Assembly: GCA_031370785.1 (NCBI GenBank) | Contig: JANMQY010000074.1 | Coordinates: 1 to 47,780, forward strand | Length of the DNA: 47,780 bases | Source of the DNA: Candidatus Eiseniibacteriota bacterium | Lineage (GTDB): Bacteria > Eisenbacteria > RBG-16-71-46 | Direction of reading: 5' to 3' | Shown here: one piece after another, positions 9,194 through 18,744 of the stretch | Position numbering within the stretch: the first letter of the stretch is position 1 | How the letters are laid out: each line of letters opens with the position of its first letter | Notes under the pieces: generated by a model | What the model was told of the DNA's origin: nothing | The model's database searches: none | What the model saw: only the letters and a program-made list of their open reading frames with translations | Program-made: the position numbers and the translations under genes

Positions 9194-12100
9194 ATGATGC
9201 GTCTCCGCCCGATCCGCTGCCTGCTGGCCACGGCGTTCGCGTGGTCCGCGGCCTCCACGGCATTCGCAGCTCCGCCGCTCACCCGCCTGATCCCTTCGGG
9301 CGGCACCAGCGTCCACTTCGTGGTGCAGGTGCCGGAAGCGCGCTTTCCGGCGACCGCGCCTTCGGCGCCGGTGCGCCTCGAGCTGGACGGCTACGAACTG
9401 ACCGGAGAACCGGGAAACCCGGCGCTGCCGATCCGGGTGATCACGGTCGCGGTGCCGCCGGTCGGTGAGGTGCAGGTGCGCGCGCACTCCGCGGAGGGCG
9501 CGACCCGCGGGGACGTGCTGCTCGCGCCGATGCCGAGGCTGGAAGGCGCGCGCGGCGAGGAGGTCGAGCGCGAGATCCGATTCCCGCACGCGTACGCGAG
9601 CCACGCTGGCGCCGATCAACCGCGGGCGCATCTCGTCGGCGTGGGCTGGCTGCGCAATCAGCGCGTCGCGCGCGTCGAGATCTCGCCGGCCGCGTATGAT
9701 GCCGGGGCGCGCAGGCTCATCCTGGCATCGAGCATCGATGTGACGGTGGATGTGGTCGGCGCATCGAGCGAGGGGCTTCCCGCCGAGAGCGACGATCCGT
9801 TCGAGTCGGTGTATCGCGGGGCGCTGGTCAACTACGAGCAGGGAAGGGCGTGGCGCCGCACACCGCCCACGGGAAATCGCGGCGCCGGCACGGCCACGAA
9901 TCCGTTCGAGGTGAGAAACCTGAGCGGCGTGCCGCAGACCACGGTCTACGCCGGGCGCATGTGGGTCAAGCTCGCGGTCGCCCAGACCGGCTTCTACCGG
10001 GTCTACTTCTCGCAGGTCCGCAACACCGCCCTGTTCAACGGCTCGACCACCACGCCCGCCGACAGCCTGCGATTGTTCACCTGGCCGGGGGTGCCGGTGC
10101 TGCCTGAGAAGTCCTACTGCGACAGCTGCGACTATCGCGAGGTCGGGATCGCTGTCTCGAGCGGAGTTCAGTTCAAGGATCCCACCAACTACTTCGACTT
10201 CTTCGCGCTCGGCCCGAGCGACTGGACCAACTTCTATGATCCCGCGCAGGGCGACACGGTGTTTCTCGACAATCCGTACGAGGCGAAGAGCTACTACTAC
10301 CTGACCATCGACAACTCGAACACGCCCTTGCCCGGGGCGCCCAAGCGCATCGGTCAGTCCTCGGGCGCGGTCAGCGGCAGCCCCGCGACCACTCCGGCCA
10401 CGTTCCCCGAGCGCGTGCACTTCGAGCAGGACTACGAGTACTGGCCGGACGCCACGCCGCTGCGCGCGCCGCAGAACATGTTCTGGGAGAAATGGATGTG
10501 GCAGAGCCTGAGCTCGGGCAGTGCATTCGCCACGACTTTCGGCCTGCCGGGAGCCGATCTCACCCAGTCGATGCGCCTGCGCCTGAGGGCATGGGGGCTC
10601 GCCTCGTACGATACCTGCCAGTTCGATCTCGGGCAGCCGAATCACATCCTCGACGTCGCGCTGAACGCCTCGCCGCTGAACACGCTCCAATGGGATCGCG
10701 AGATCGGGACCACGCTCGACACCACGCTCACCGGACGTTTCCAGATCAGCGGCAACCAGCTGGTGCTGACCGACCGGTTCATCCCGCAATGCCGGCTGCG
10801 CGACGACCGCAGCGCGATCGCGTGGTTCGACGTGTTCTACCCGCGCATTTTCGAAGCGGCGAATGGCGAGCTGTCGTTCTCCTCGCCGCCGGCCGCCGAC
10901 AACTATGTGTTCGCGATCGACTCGATGCGCACCACGGAGTCGAACACGCTGGTGTTCGATGTGACGGACGCTTACTCGCCGGTGCAGGTGATGGTGTCGA
11001 GCGCGAACTTCACCGCGCAGGCCGCGGGCCGCTGGCGCCTGACGTTCGAGCAGAGCCAGACCGGCCTCAGGCGCTATCGTGTGTTCCAGAGCACCAGCGT
11101 CGTGCGCCTGCCCGATGCCAACATCGCCGATTCCCGCCTGATCAGCCTGGGCGTCGGTGAGATCAACACCAACCTGCGCTCGACGACGCTGGGCGCGGAT
11201 TTCATCGCGATCTACTACGACGGATTCAAGACCGCGGCCGACAGCCTGATCGCGTGGCGCCAGGTGCGTCTGCCGGTGGATCGGCCGGGGCCATACCGCA
11301 CGATCGCGGTGCCGATCTCGGCGCTCTACGATCAGTTCTCGGGCGGGCGCACCGATCCGGCCGCGATCCGGAACTTCCTGCGCGCCACCTTCTACAACTG
11401 GACGCCGCCGCGACCTTCGTTCGTCACCTTTGTCGGCGACGCCTCCTACGACTTCAAGAACCTGACCGGCCACGCGCCGTCGGGGCAACCCGGCACACTG
11501 GTCCCGTCCTACGAGAACGGCTACGACCCGGGCGTGTTCGGAGGGCGTCAGTTCGCATCGGACGACTGGATCCTGAACGTCGACAACGCGAACTTCATCG
11601 TGCCCGACTTCTTCGGCGGGCGCATTCCGGTCAACGATCAGTCGACCGCGCTGCTCTACGTGCGCAACAAGCTGCTGTTCTACGAGCGCAGCGCGCCACT
11701 CGGCGAATATCGCAACCGCATCATGTTCATCGCCGACGACAACATCCAGGCCGCCGAGCCCGCGGGACGTGATCCGCTCGAATGGACGCACCTCAAGCAG
11801 ACCGCCACCCTGGACAACAACGCCACTCCGAACCACATCGATCGCAAGTACGTGTACCTGCACAAGTATCCGGACGGCCCCGGCGACACCAAGCCCGGCG
11901 CGAAAGCCGACATCAAGAAGAACCTCGCCGAGGGCGTCGCGATGTTCAACTACATCGGGCATGGCAGCCCGTTCAAGATCACCGACGAGTCGGTGTTCCT
12001 CGACGTGGATGCCGGCACCCTGACCAATGCCGACATGCTTCCACTGTTCGTGGCCGCCTCGTGCGACGTCGGCAAGTACAACGATCCCGCAGTGCAGAGC

Positions 12101-13483
12101 CTGGGCGAGCGCCTGATCACGCAGCCCGGGGGCGGGGCGATCGGAGTGATCTCGGCGACCGAGCTGGCGCTCAGCAGCCAGAACTCGACCCTCAACCAGA
12201 CCGTATACCGCATCATCTTCGGGCGCGACTCGGTGGGCGGATCCGGTCAGTATCACGCGAGCGTCGCGGCGGGGCTGTTGCAGGCCAAGCTGAGCGCGAA
12301 TCAGACCACGCCCAAGTATCAGCTGATGGGCGATGCCGCGATCCGCCTGAACCTGCCGAAGCTGTGGGCCGAGATCACGCTGTGGGACTCGGCCGGCACC
12401 GCTCTACTCACCGAGGTGAAGCGCGGCCAGACCATGACGTTCAAGGGCCGGGTCCTGACCCGCCCGGGCGGCCCGCAGGTTTCGTATTCTGGAGTCGCGA
12501 GCCTGCTGATCGAGGACTCGGCGCCGCTCGAGATCCCGCCGCCCTGCCCCGGACTGGGATGCGAGCAGCCGAGCTACTACTACAAGGCTGGCCCGATTTT
12601 CCGTGGCGACGTGCAGGCGGCCGGCGGAGCCTTCCAGGGTCGCTTCGTGGTTCCGCTCGAAGCCGCGCTCGGAGACCACGGCCGCATTCGCGCCTATCTC
12701 GAAGGGCAGGCGGTGGGCGACGGCTACCTGTCGGATGGAGTCGGCAGCGTGCAGACCCTGGTGTCGAGCGGCAGCTCGGTGACCAGTGACAATACCGGCC
12801 CGCGCATCACGCTGTCGTTCGTGGGCGGCGCCACCTCGGTGCGTCCCAATGCGCAGCTGCGCGTGGACCTGTTCGATCAGAGCGGCATCCTGCTCACCGG
12901 GCACTCGCTTCAGAACGGCATCGTCGTGACCATCGACGACAACACCACGACCCGGGTCGACATCACCGCGAGCTTCCGCTACGCAGCCGATTCGTATCAG
13001 TCGGGCTTCGCGCTGTTCACGCTTCCCAACCTGTCGCCCGGGCACCACAAGGTGCAGGTCTCGGCGGCGGACAACTTCGCGGCGGGCCTGGGCGCCGGAA
13101 ACCATCGATCGTCCGCCACGCTCGAATTCGACGTGGTCGCGAACCCCTCGCTCAATGTGACCCGGGCCTATCTTTTCCCGGATCCGACCTCCTCGGGCGG
13201 GGCCCGCAGCGGCGGGACATTTGTAGTCGATGCCCCCGGAGATTCGGTAAATGTCCTGTTTCGCATGTACACGGTCACGGGTCGGGTGATTCGCACCTAC
13301 CGCGTGCCCGGCGGGATCGGACAGGTTCAGATCGCGTGGGACGGCTTCGATGAGAACGGCGACCGTCTGGCCAACGGCGTATATCTGTTCAAGGTGTACG
13401 TCTACGGCCGGCAGTCGGACGGCACCAGCAGCGCCACTCAGCGAGCGATCTCCGAGGGCCGGTTCGTCATCCTGAATCGATGA
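9194..13483 (+). CDS. porU: C25 (gingipain-family) cysteine peptidase, PorU-like T9SS sortase/transpeptidase with propeptide and C-terminal FlgD-like domain
   Basis: Signal peptide; propeptide-like GEPGNPALP; WVKLAVAQTGFYRV; LYDQFSGGRTDPAAIRNFLR; GDASYD; SDDW; GRIPV; catalytic NYIGHGS and AASCDVGKY; YQLMGDAAIRL; DNTGPRITL; CTD WDGFDENGDRLANGVYLFKV. Directly followed by a porV-like gene. Confidence 0.8.
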   Translation: MMRLRPIRCLLATAFAWSAASTAFAAPPLTRLIPSGGTSVHFVVQVPEARFPATAPSAPVRLELDGYELTGEPGNPALPIRVITVAVPPVGEVQVRAHSAEGATRGDVLLAPMPRLEGARGEEVEREIRFPHAYASHAGADQPRAHLVGVGWLRNQRVARVEISPAAYDAGARRLILASSIDVTVDVVGASSEGLPAESDDPFESVYRGALVNYEQGRAWRRTPPTGNRGAGTATNPFEVRNLSGVPQTTVYAGRMWVKLAVAQTGFYRVYFSQVRNTALFNGSTTTPADSLRLFTWPGVPVLPEKSYCDSCDYREVGIAVSSGVQFKDPTNYFDFFALGPSDWTNFYDPAQGDTVFLDNPYEAKSYYYLTIDNSNTPLPGAPKRIGQSSGAVSGSPATTPATFPERVHFEQDYEYWPDATPLRAPQNMFWEKWMWQSLSSGSAFATTFGLPGADLTQSMRLRLRAWGLASYDTCQFDLGQPNHILDVALNASPLNTLQWDREIGTTLDTTLTGRFQISGNQLVLTDRFIPQCRLRDDRSAIAWFDVFYPRIFEAANGELSFSSPPAADNYVFAIDSMRTTESNTLVFDVTDAYSPVQVMVSSANFTAQAAGRWRLTFEQSQTGLRRYRVFQSTSVVRLPDANIADSRLISLGVGEINTNLRSTTLGADFIAIYYDGFKTAADSLIAWRQVRLPVDRPGPYRTIAVPISALYDQFSGGRTDPAAIRNFLRATFYNWTPPRPSFVTFVGDASYDFKNLTGHAPSGQPGTLVPSYENGYDPGVFGGRQFASDDWILNVDNANFIVPDFFGGRIPVNDQSTALLYVRNKLLFYERSAPLGEYRNRIMFIADDNIQAAEPAGRDPLEWTHLKQTATLDNNATPNHIDRKYVYLHKYPDGPGDTKPGAKADIKKNLAEGVAMFNYIGHGSPFKITDESVFLDVDAGTLTNADMLPLFVAASCDVGKYNDPAVQSLGERLITQPGGGAIGVISATELALSSQNSTLNQTVYRIIFGRDSVGGSGQYHASVAAGLLQAKLSANQTTPKYQLMGDAAIRLNLPKLWAEITLWDSAGTALLTEVKRGQTMTFKGRVLTRPGGPQVSYSGVASLLIEDSAPLEIPPPCPGLGCEQPSYYYKAGPIFRGDVQAAGGAFQGRFVVPLEAALGDHGRIRAYLEGQAVGDGYLSDGVGSVQTLVSSGSSVTSDNTGPRITLSFVGGATSVRPNAQLRVDLFDQSGILLTGHSLQNGIVVTIDDNTTTRVDITASFRYAADSYQSGFALFTLPNLSPGHHKVQVSAADNFAAGLGAGNHRSSATLEFDVVANPSLNVTRAYLFPDPTSSGGARSGGTFVVDAPGDSVNVLFRMYTVTGRVIRTYRVPGGIGQVQIAWDGFDENGDRLANGVYLFKVYVYGRQSDGTSSATQRAISEGRFVILNR

Positions 13484-13590
13484 AGCGCCGTTCCGGAAAA
13501 ATGCCTGGAGCGGCTCGAACCCTCACGGTGTAATATCCCTGCTCGCTTGTGCCTTTCCGAGGCACGCACCGACCGGAGGATTAATCACGT

Positions 13591-14541
13591 ATGCGTCTTT
13601 TTACTCGATTTGCGATGGTGTCGCTGGGAACGATGTTGATCGCGGGGGTGGCCTCGGCCCAGGGCACAGGCCGCTCGCTCGACATCCAGCCGGGAGCCCG
13701 GCAAAACGGAATGGGGGCCGCCGGAGTGGCGATGCCCGACGATGCAACCGGGGTGACCTGGTGGAACCCCGCGGGACTCGGATTCTCGGACCGCGCGGCG
13801 GTGGATCTGACCTACGCGCAGCTGGTCCCGGGTCTCGCCAACGACGTGACCTATAACTACCTCACCTATGTGCAGCCGACCGGAGGCTGGGGCACGTTCG
13901 GTCTCGGCGTCGTCTTCCTGTCCTACGGAACCAGCCAGGGCTCGGATCCGACCGGCAACCCGACCGGAACGTTCAGCTCGAACGAGTTCTCACCGGCGAT
14001 CTCCTACGGCACGAGGCTGCTGCCCGACTTCTCGGTCGGCGCCTCGCTCAAGTACATCCGCATCCAGCTCGCCCCGAACAACCAGAATGGCGTCGGCTCC
14101 ACGTTCGGCCTCGACATTGCCGGGCTGTACAAGATTCCCGCGGCGCGCCTGAACCTGGGCGTCAACGTGCAGAACCTCGGGCCCAACGTCGCGTTCATCA
14201 ACGAGGACCTAGCCAGCCCGCTCAGCCGCAATCTGCGCGTGGGCGCCGCGTGGGAGCCGGTCGCGACCAAGCAGTTCACCATGACCCTGGCGTCCGATTT
14301 CAATCAGTCGCTGGTCACCAACCAGTTCCGGGTCTACAACAACGGTTTCGAGGTCAAGTATGCGGACCAGATCGCGGGCCGCATCGGCTGGTACTCGGAT
14401 CCGCTCGGCGACATCGGTGACCTGACCTACGGGATCGGGATCAACTTCAAGAGCCTCTCGCTCGACTTCGGCAGCATTCCGCAGGCTCGCAACTCGGGTC
14501 TCGAGGACGTGAAGAAGATCACGCTGGGCTACCGCTTCTAG
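13591..14541 (+). CDS. porV: PorV/PorQ-family (FadL-like) outer membrane beta-barrel
   Basis: GGAGG RBS; signal peptide ending ASA|Q; N-terminal SLDIQPGARQNGMGAAGVA..WWNPAGL hatch motif; amphipathic strands; C-terminal KITLGYRF; adjacent to porU-like gene. Confidence 0.75.
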   Translation: MRLFTRFAMVSLGTMLIAGVASAQGTGRSLDIQPGARQNGMGAAGVAMPDDATGVTWWNPAGLGFSDRAAVDLTYAQLVPGLANDVTYNYLTYVQPTGGWGTFGLGVVFLSYGTSQGSDPTGNPTGTFSSNEFSPAISYGTRLLPDFSVGASLKYIRIQLAPNNQNGVGSTFGLDIAGLYKIPAARLNLGVNVQNLGPNVAFINEDLASPLSRNLRVGAAWEPVATKQFTMTLASDFNQSLVTNQFRVYNNGFEVKYADQIAGRIGWYSDPLGDIGDLTYGIGINFKSLSLDFGSIPQARNSGLEDVKKITLGYRF

Positions 14542-14569
14542 ACCCACCGACAGAGGTTCCGGTTCCCAC

Positions 14570-17500
14570 TTGCGCGGCCAGGACATCGCCCGACTCGTCT
14601 TGCTGTGCGCGGCTCTGGCCGCCGCGCCGGCCCACGCCACCCCGCTCGCCGTCCATCCGCTGATCGGCGCTGCCGACGCCGCGAAGCTCGCGCGCGGCGG
14701 CGCTGCGGCACGGGCCCGGGTGATGACTCCGGCGCAGCAGCGCCAGCAGGCGCTGCTCGAGCAGCGCTGGCGCTCGGTCCCCGATCATATGAGCCATGGC
14801 CGCTTCGACTGGTCGCGCAATGCGAGCCGGCGGCAGTCGTGGGTTTCTCCCAGAGCGCGCCGCGCCGCGGCCGCCATCGATCCCGCGGCGGCTTCCGCGC
14901 TCGAGCCCGACACCCTGCGCGTGGCGATCATTCGCATCGACTTCCTGAACGATCGCGACGATGCCGCATCGACCGGGACCGGGAAGTTCGACCTGTCGGG
15001 GCCGGACACGCTGCTGCCGCCGATCGACCGGCCGCCGCACAATCGCACGTTCTTCTCGAAGCACGGCGAGGCGCTCAAGCGCTACAACGAGGCCCAGAAC
15101 TACGGGCGCACGATCATCGAGCCCGAGGTCTGGCCGCGCAGCGAGAACGGGGCCTATCACGTCAGCGACATGGCCGATTTTGGCCCGTGGGTCTTCAGCA
15201 CGAGCATCTATCCGGCCGCGGTCCACATGTTCCGCACCTTCCTGTTCGCGGCCGACTCCCAGTCGATCGCGCTCGGAGACCGGATCCCGTGGGACCGGAT
15301 CGACCGGGTGGTTCTCATCCACGCCGGCAGCGACCTGCAGAGCGATGTCTCCCAGAACTCGAAGGAAGACATTCCTTCGTTCACCATCGGAGTCGCCGAC
15401 AGCGAAGTCGCCTTCTTCCACGACGTGGTCACCCCGGGCGATTCGGTCGGCATCGATCGCGCCACGCTCGTTCCGGAGACCGCGAGCCAGGACGGCTACT
15501 ACGGCGCGATCAACGGCGTGATGGCGCACGAGTGCGGCCACCTGTTCTACGGCTTCTTCGATGTCTACGACATCGAGACCGGGCAGCCGATCGTGGGCTA
15601 CTGGAGCCTGATGGACAGCGGCAATCTGGTGGGCTCGATCGTCACGCTCGGTGACGGGACGGAGCTGTTCGCGACCGGACTCTTGCCGCCGAGCATCGAT
15701 CCCTACCAGCGCCAGATCACCGGCGATGCGCTTCGCTTCCGCGAGGTCAGCTACGGTGACACGCTCACGCTGAACAACAGCGAGCGCTTCCCCGACGTGC
15801 GCAAGGTCACGCTGAGCAGCGACGAGTTTCTCCTGCTCGAGAACCGCTACCAGGCGCCGGCCGCGGTGGTCGAGCTGGATCAGGATTCGCTGACCCGGGT
15901 GGTGCTCGGGCCGAAAGTCCCGGACCGCTTCGAGTACGACGCGCTGCTCCCGGGCGGTGGCACGCTGGTCTGGCACGTGGACGAGAGCGTGATCCCGTTC
16001 GAGAGCTATTTCCCGCTCGACACCTCGCTGCGCGTCAATCCGGACTTCGGCGTCAACACCAACCCGCAGCGCCTGGGTCTTTCGGTGATCGAAGCCGACG
16101 GGCTCGACGATCTCGGCGATCCGGGTTCGCCCTACATGCTCGGCGCGAAATTCGATCCGTACTTCGTCGGCAACAACACCGTGCTCTCCGACACCACCCA
16201 TCCCAACCTCGTGCCGCACATCGGGACGCTTCCTCACGTGCGCATGGACGTGCTCGATCCGCAGGGGCCGACCATGCGGCTGTGGATGCGGCGCGCCTGG
16301 CAGCTCGCCGGGTGGCCGATCGCGGGCGACTTTCCACCGGGAGGACCGCAGCTGCTCGCAGTGGACGCGGACGGCGACCGGAATCTCGAAGTGTGCTGGG
16401 CCGGCGGTAGTGAGAACGGACCCGACAGCACCGCGCTCTTCTGCGCGCGCGTCAACGGGCAGGGACTGTTCGACAGCGAGCTGCGCTTCGCCTCACTCGA
16501 CGCGCGGCCGTACACCGTCATGGCCGCGCTTCCGCTCGGGGCATATCTGGGCGGAGGCCTGCCCTCGGTCGGCCCCTCGCTGTTCGCGGTCTCGACCGTG
16601 GCCACCGGTCCCGACACGCTTTCACCCGGCGGGCGGGTGTGGTTGATCGATCACACCGGCGCGCCGCAGCCGGGATGGCCCGCGCACCTGCCTGCGCTCG
16701 TGACTACGCCTCCGGTGGTGGCCGGCATCCATCCCCTGGCGCGTATCTTCGTTGGTTGCTCGGACGGCCGCGTGTTCGGGCTCGATGAGGATGCGAACAT
16801 CGTCTACACCTCGCCCGCGCTGACCGCGCCGATCTCGGGGCGGCTCGCGGTGCACGGGTTCGTGACGCCCGAGCCGACGCTCGGCACCGTCGCCGCTGGC
16901 GACACGCTCGGCGACATCGCGAAGTTCGACGTCTGTCTCCTTCCCTGTCCGATCAACCTGAACTCGGATTGGATCCATCGCGTGGGCGGCGCCGGCTTTC
17001 GTCCGGACTTCCTGTGGGTGGACTTCAACGGCTCGGGCGGCGGCTCACCCCGGGTTTCCTGCGCTGCCTCGAGTGGACCGCAACTGGTGGCGCACGACCG
17101 CGACCGACTGTGGGCGTTCTGTGCGAATGGGGATGCGCTGCCGGGCTGGGGCCACGCCGCGACCGACACGCTGGTCGATGCCCTGGGCGCCGCGGACCCC
17201 GACGGTGACGGCCTGCCGGAAGTTCTCACCCAGACCGTGCACTCGCAGGTCGGCTTCGTGAACTGGGACGGCTATCCGTCGCCGGGCTGGCCGAAGCCGG
17301 GATCAACCGAGAACTTCCGCACCCAGAGCTCCCCGATCGCGCTGGATGTCGATGGCGACGGCAGGTCCGAGGTGATTGCGATGAACGCGAGCGGCATCAT
17401 TGCCGCGCTGCGCGGCGACGGAAAGCGTCCGCCGGGCTGGCCGCTCGCGACCGGCGCCGGAGCGGTCGGCTCGCCGATCGCGGCCGACCTGGATCGCAAC

Positions 17501-17953
17501 GGCACGGTCGAGATCGTGGCGCCCGATCACATCGGACGCCTTTACGCCTACAGCATCCCGGTGCCCGCGTTCGATCCGGTGATCTCCTCGTGGCCCATGC
17601 TGGGCGGAGATCCGGGACGCACCGCGTGGCTTCCGACCGAGCGCACGACGGCCGCGGTTGCAGCGAGCGCGGGCCCGCTCGAGCGTGGCTCGCTCAAGGC
17701 CTATCCCAATCCGGCGCGGCGCGCACCGGTCTCGTTCGCCTACCGGCTCACCGAGCCGGCCCGCGTCGATTTTCACATCCTCGACACCTCGGGCCACGAG
17801 GTGGCCTCGTTCACGCGCGACGGACGCCAGTCGGACAATCTGGAAGTGTGGGATCCGGGGCGGCTGCCCTCGGGGCTCTACCTGGCGCGGATCCACTTCC
17901 GCACCGGCGGGCACGAGCACACCGAAGTCATGCAGGTGGGGCTGCTGCGATGA
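14570..17953 (+). CDS. M6/immune-inhibitor-A-like metalloprotease with FG-GAP repeats and T9SS type-A-like CTD
   Basis: Signal peptide; VVLIHAGSD; zinc motif AHECGHLFYGFFDVYD; Met-turn WSLMDSG; EFLLLENR; LVWHVDE; DADGD/DPDGDG/DVDGDG/DLDRNG repeats with GWP; CTD LKAYPNP..LPSGLYLARI..VGLLR. Confidence 0.8.
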   Translation: MRGQDIARLVLLCAALAAAPAHATPLAVHPLIGAADAAKLARGGAAARARVMTPAQQRQQALLEQRWRSVPDHMSHGRFDWSRNASRRQSWVSPRARRAAAAIDPAAASALEPDTLRVAIIRIDFLNDRDDAASTGTGKFDLSGPDTLLPPIDRPPHNRTFFSKHGEALKRYNEAQNYGRTIIEPEVWPRSENGAYHVSDMADFGPWVFSTSIYPAAVHMFRTFLFAADSQSIALGDRIPWDRIDRVVLIHAGSDLQSDVSQNSKEDIPSFTIGVADSEVAFFHDVVTPGDSVGIDRATLVPETASQDGYYGAINGVMAHECGHLFYGFFDVYDIETGQPIVGYWSLMDSGNLVGSIVTLGDGTELFATGLLPPSIDPYQRQITGDALRFREVSYGDTLTLNNSERFPDVRKVTLSSDEFLLLENRYQAPAAVVELDQDSLTRVVLGPKVPDRFEYDALLPGGGTLVWHVDESVIPFESYFPLDTSLRVNPDFGVNTNPQRLGLSVIEADGLDDLGDPGSPYMLGAKFDPYFVGNNTVLSDTTHPNLVPHIGTLPHVRMDVLDPQGPTMRLWMRRAWQLAGWPIAGDFPPGGPQLLAVDADGDRNLEVCWAGGSENGPDSTALFCARVNGQGLFDSELRFASLDARPYTVMAALPLGAYLGGGLPSVGPSLFAVSTVATGPDTLSPGGRVWLIDHTGAPQPGWPAHLPALVTTPPVVAGIHPLARIFVGCSDGRVFGLDEDANIVYTSPALTAPISGRLAVHGFVTPEPTLGTVAAGDTLGDIAKFDVCLLPCPINLNSDWIHRVGGAGFRPDFLWVDFNGSGGGSPRVSCAASSGPQLVAHDRDRLWAFCANGDALPGWGHAATDTLVDALGAADPDGDGLPEVLTQTVHSQVGFVNWDGYPSPGWPKPGSTENFRTQSSPIALDVDGDGRSEVIAMNASGIIAALRGDGKRPPGWPLATGAGAVGSPIAADLDRNGTVEIVAPDHIGRLYAYSIPVPAFDPVISSWPMLGGDPGRTAWLPTERTTAAVAASAGPLERGSLKAYPNPARRAPVSFAYRLTEPARVDFHILDTSGHEVASFTRDGRQSDNLEVWDPGRLPSGLYLARIHFRTGGHEHTEVMQVGLLR

Positions 17954-18741
17954 GACTGCGCGTGGGGCTGCTGGCCGTGGGACTGCTGATCGCGGGTGGT
18001 GTGCCTCCCGCCCGCGCGGAGCTGTCGCGAGGTTCCTTGCTCGCGCTGCCGTTGCTCGCGGAGGCCGAGCGCCCGGAGCTGGTGCTCGCACAGCGCACCA
18101 TCGATCGTGCCTGGGGACCTTCGGACGATTCGCTCTACCACGAGGTCAGCATCGCCGACTGGAAGTCGGAGCCGGCCGCGATGGCGCTCTCGGCGGTGGT
18201 ACCGGGGTTGGGACAGGTCTACGTGGGCGAGCGCACCGGATGGTTCTACACCCTGGCCGGGGCAGCGGCCTGGTTCGAGAGCTGGTACAACAGGCGCCGC
18301 GGCCGCGAGATCCGTGACGACGCATATTCCTACGCCGGCGCGCCCACCGACTCGACCGCTCGCTTCTCGTTCGACACGTGGGAGAAGCGCACCGGCCAGA
18401 GCAGCGATGCGTTGCGCGCGCTCTACGCCGCGGATCGCAACCTCTTCTACTACACGATCGCTCGCGATGAATCCTACCGGTGGGGCTGGGCGGACTATGG
18501 CTATACGGACATCCAGCGCGAGCAGTTCATCGAGCTTCGCGACAACTCCGAGTCGCACATGAAGCGTGCCCGCTACTTCCAGGCCGCGGCGTGGGTCGAT
18601 CACCTGGTGGCAGCGGTCGATGGACTGCGCACCGCGCGCGCCCACAATCTACCGCTGCGCCAGAACTTGAACCTGAAGCTGGGCGGCCGGCTGAATCGCG
18701 GAAATCCCGCGGTCACCGCGGCCCTCGAGACGAGGTTCTAG
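17950..18741 (+). CDS. Exported hypothetical protein, DUF5683-like (paralog 1)
   Basis: ATGA overlap with the upstream stop; signal peptide MRLRVGLLAVGLLIAGGVPPARA; ALSAVVPGLGQVY motif; ends VTAALETRF. Confidence 0.7.
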   Translation: MRLRVGLLAVGLLIAGGVPPARAELSRGSLLALPLLAEAERPELVLAQRTIDRAWGPSDDSLYHEVSIADWKSEPAAMALSAVVPGLGQVYVGERTGWFYTLAGAAAWFESWYNRRRGREIRDDAYSYAGAPTDSTARFSFDTWEKRTGQSSDALRALYAADRNLFYYTIARDESYRWGWADYGYTDIQREQFIELRDNSESHMKRARYFQAAAWVDHLVAAVDGLRTARAHNLPLRQNLNLKLGGRLNRGNPAVTAALETRF

Positions 18742-18744
18742 AGC

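Noticed and set aside
9065..12256. 1,063-aa minus-strand ORF (and similar long antisense ORFs such as 40427-42823, 22142-24364, 23995-25986, 29193-31100)
   Set aside because: Antisense shadows of well-supported plus-strand genes; stop codons are scarce at this GC content and the translations show no family motifs.
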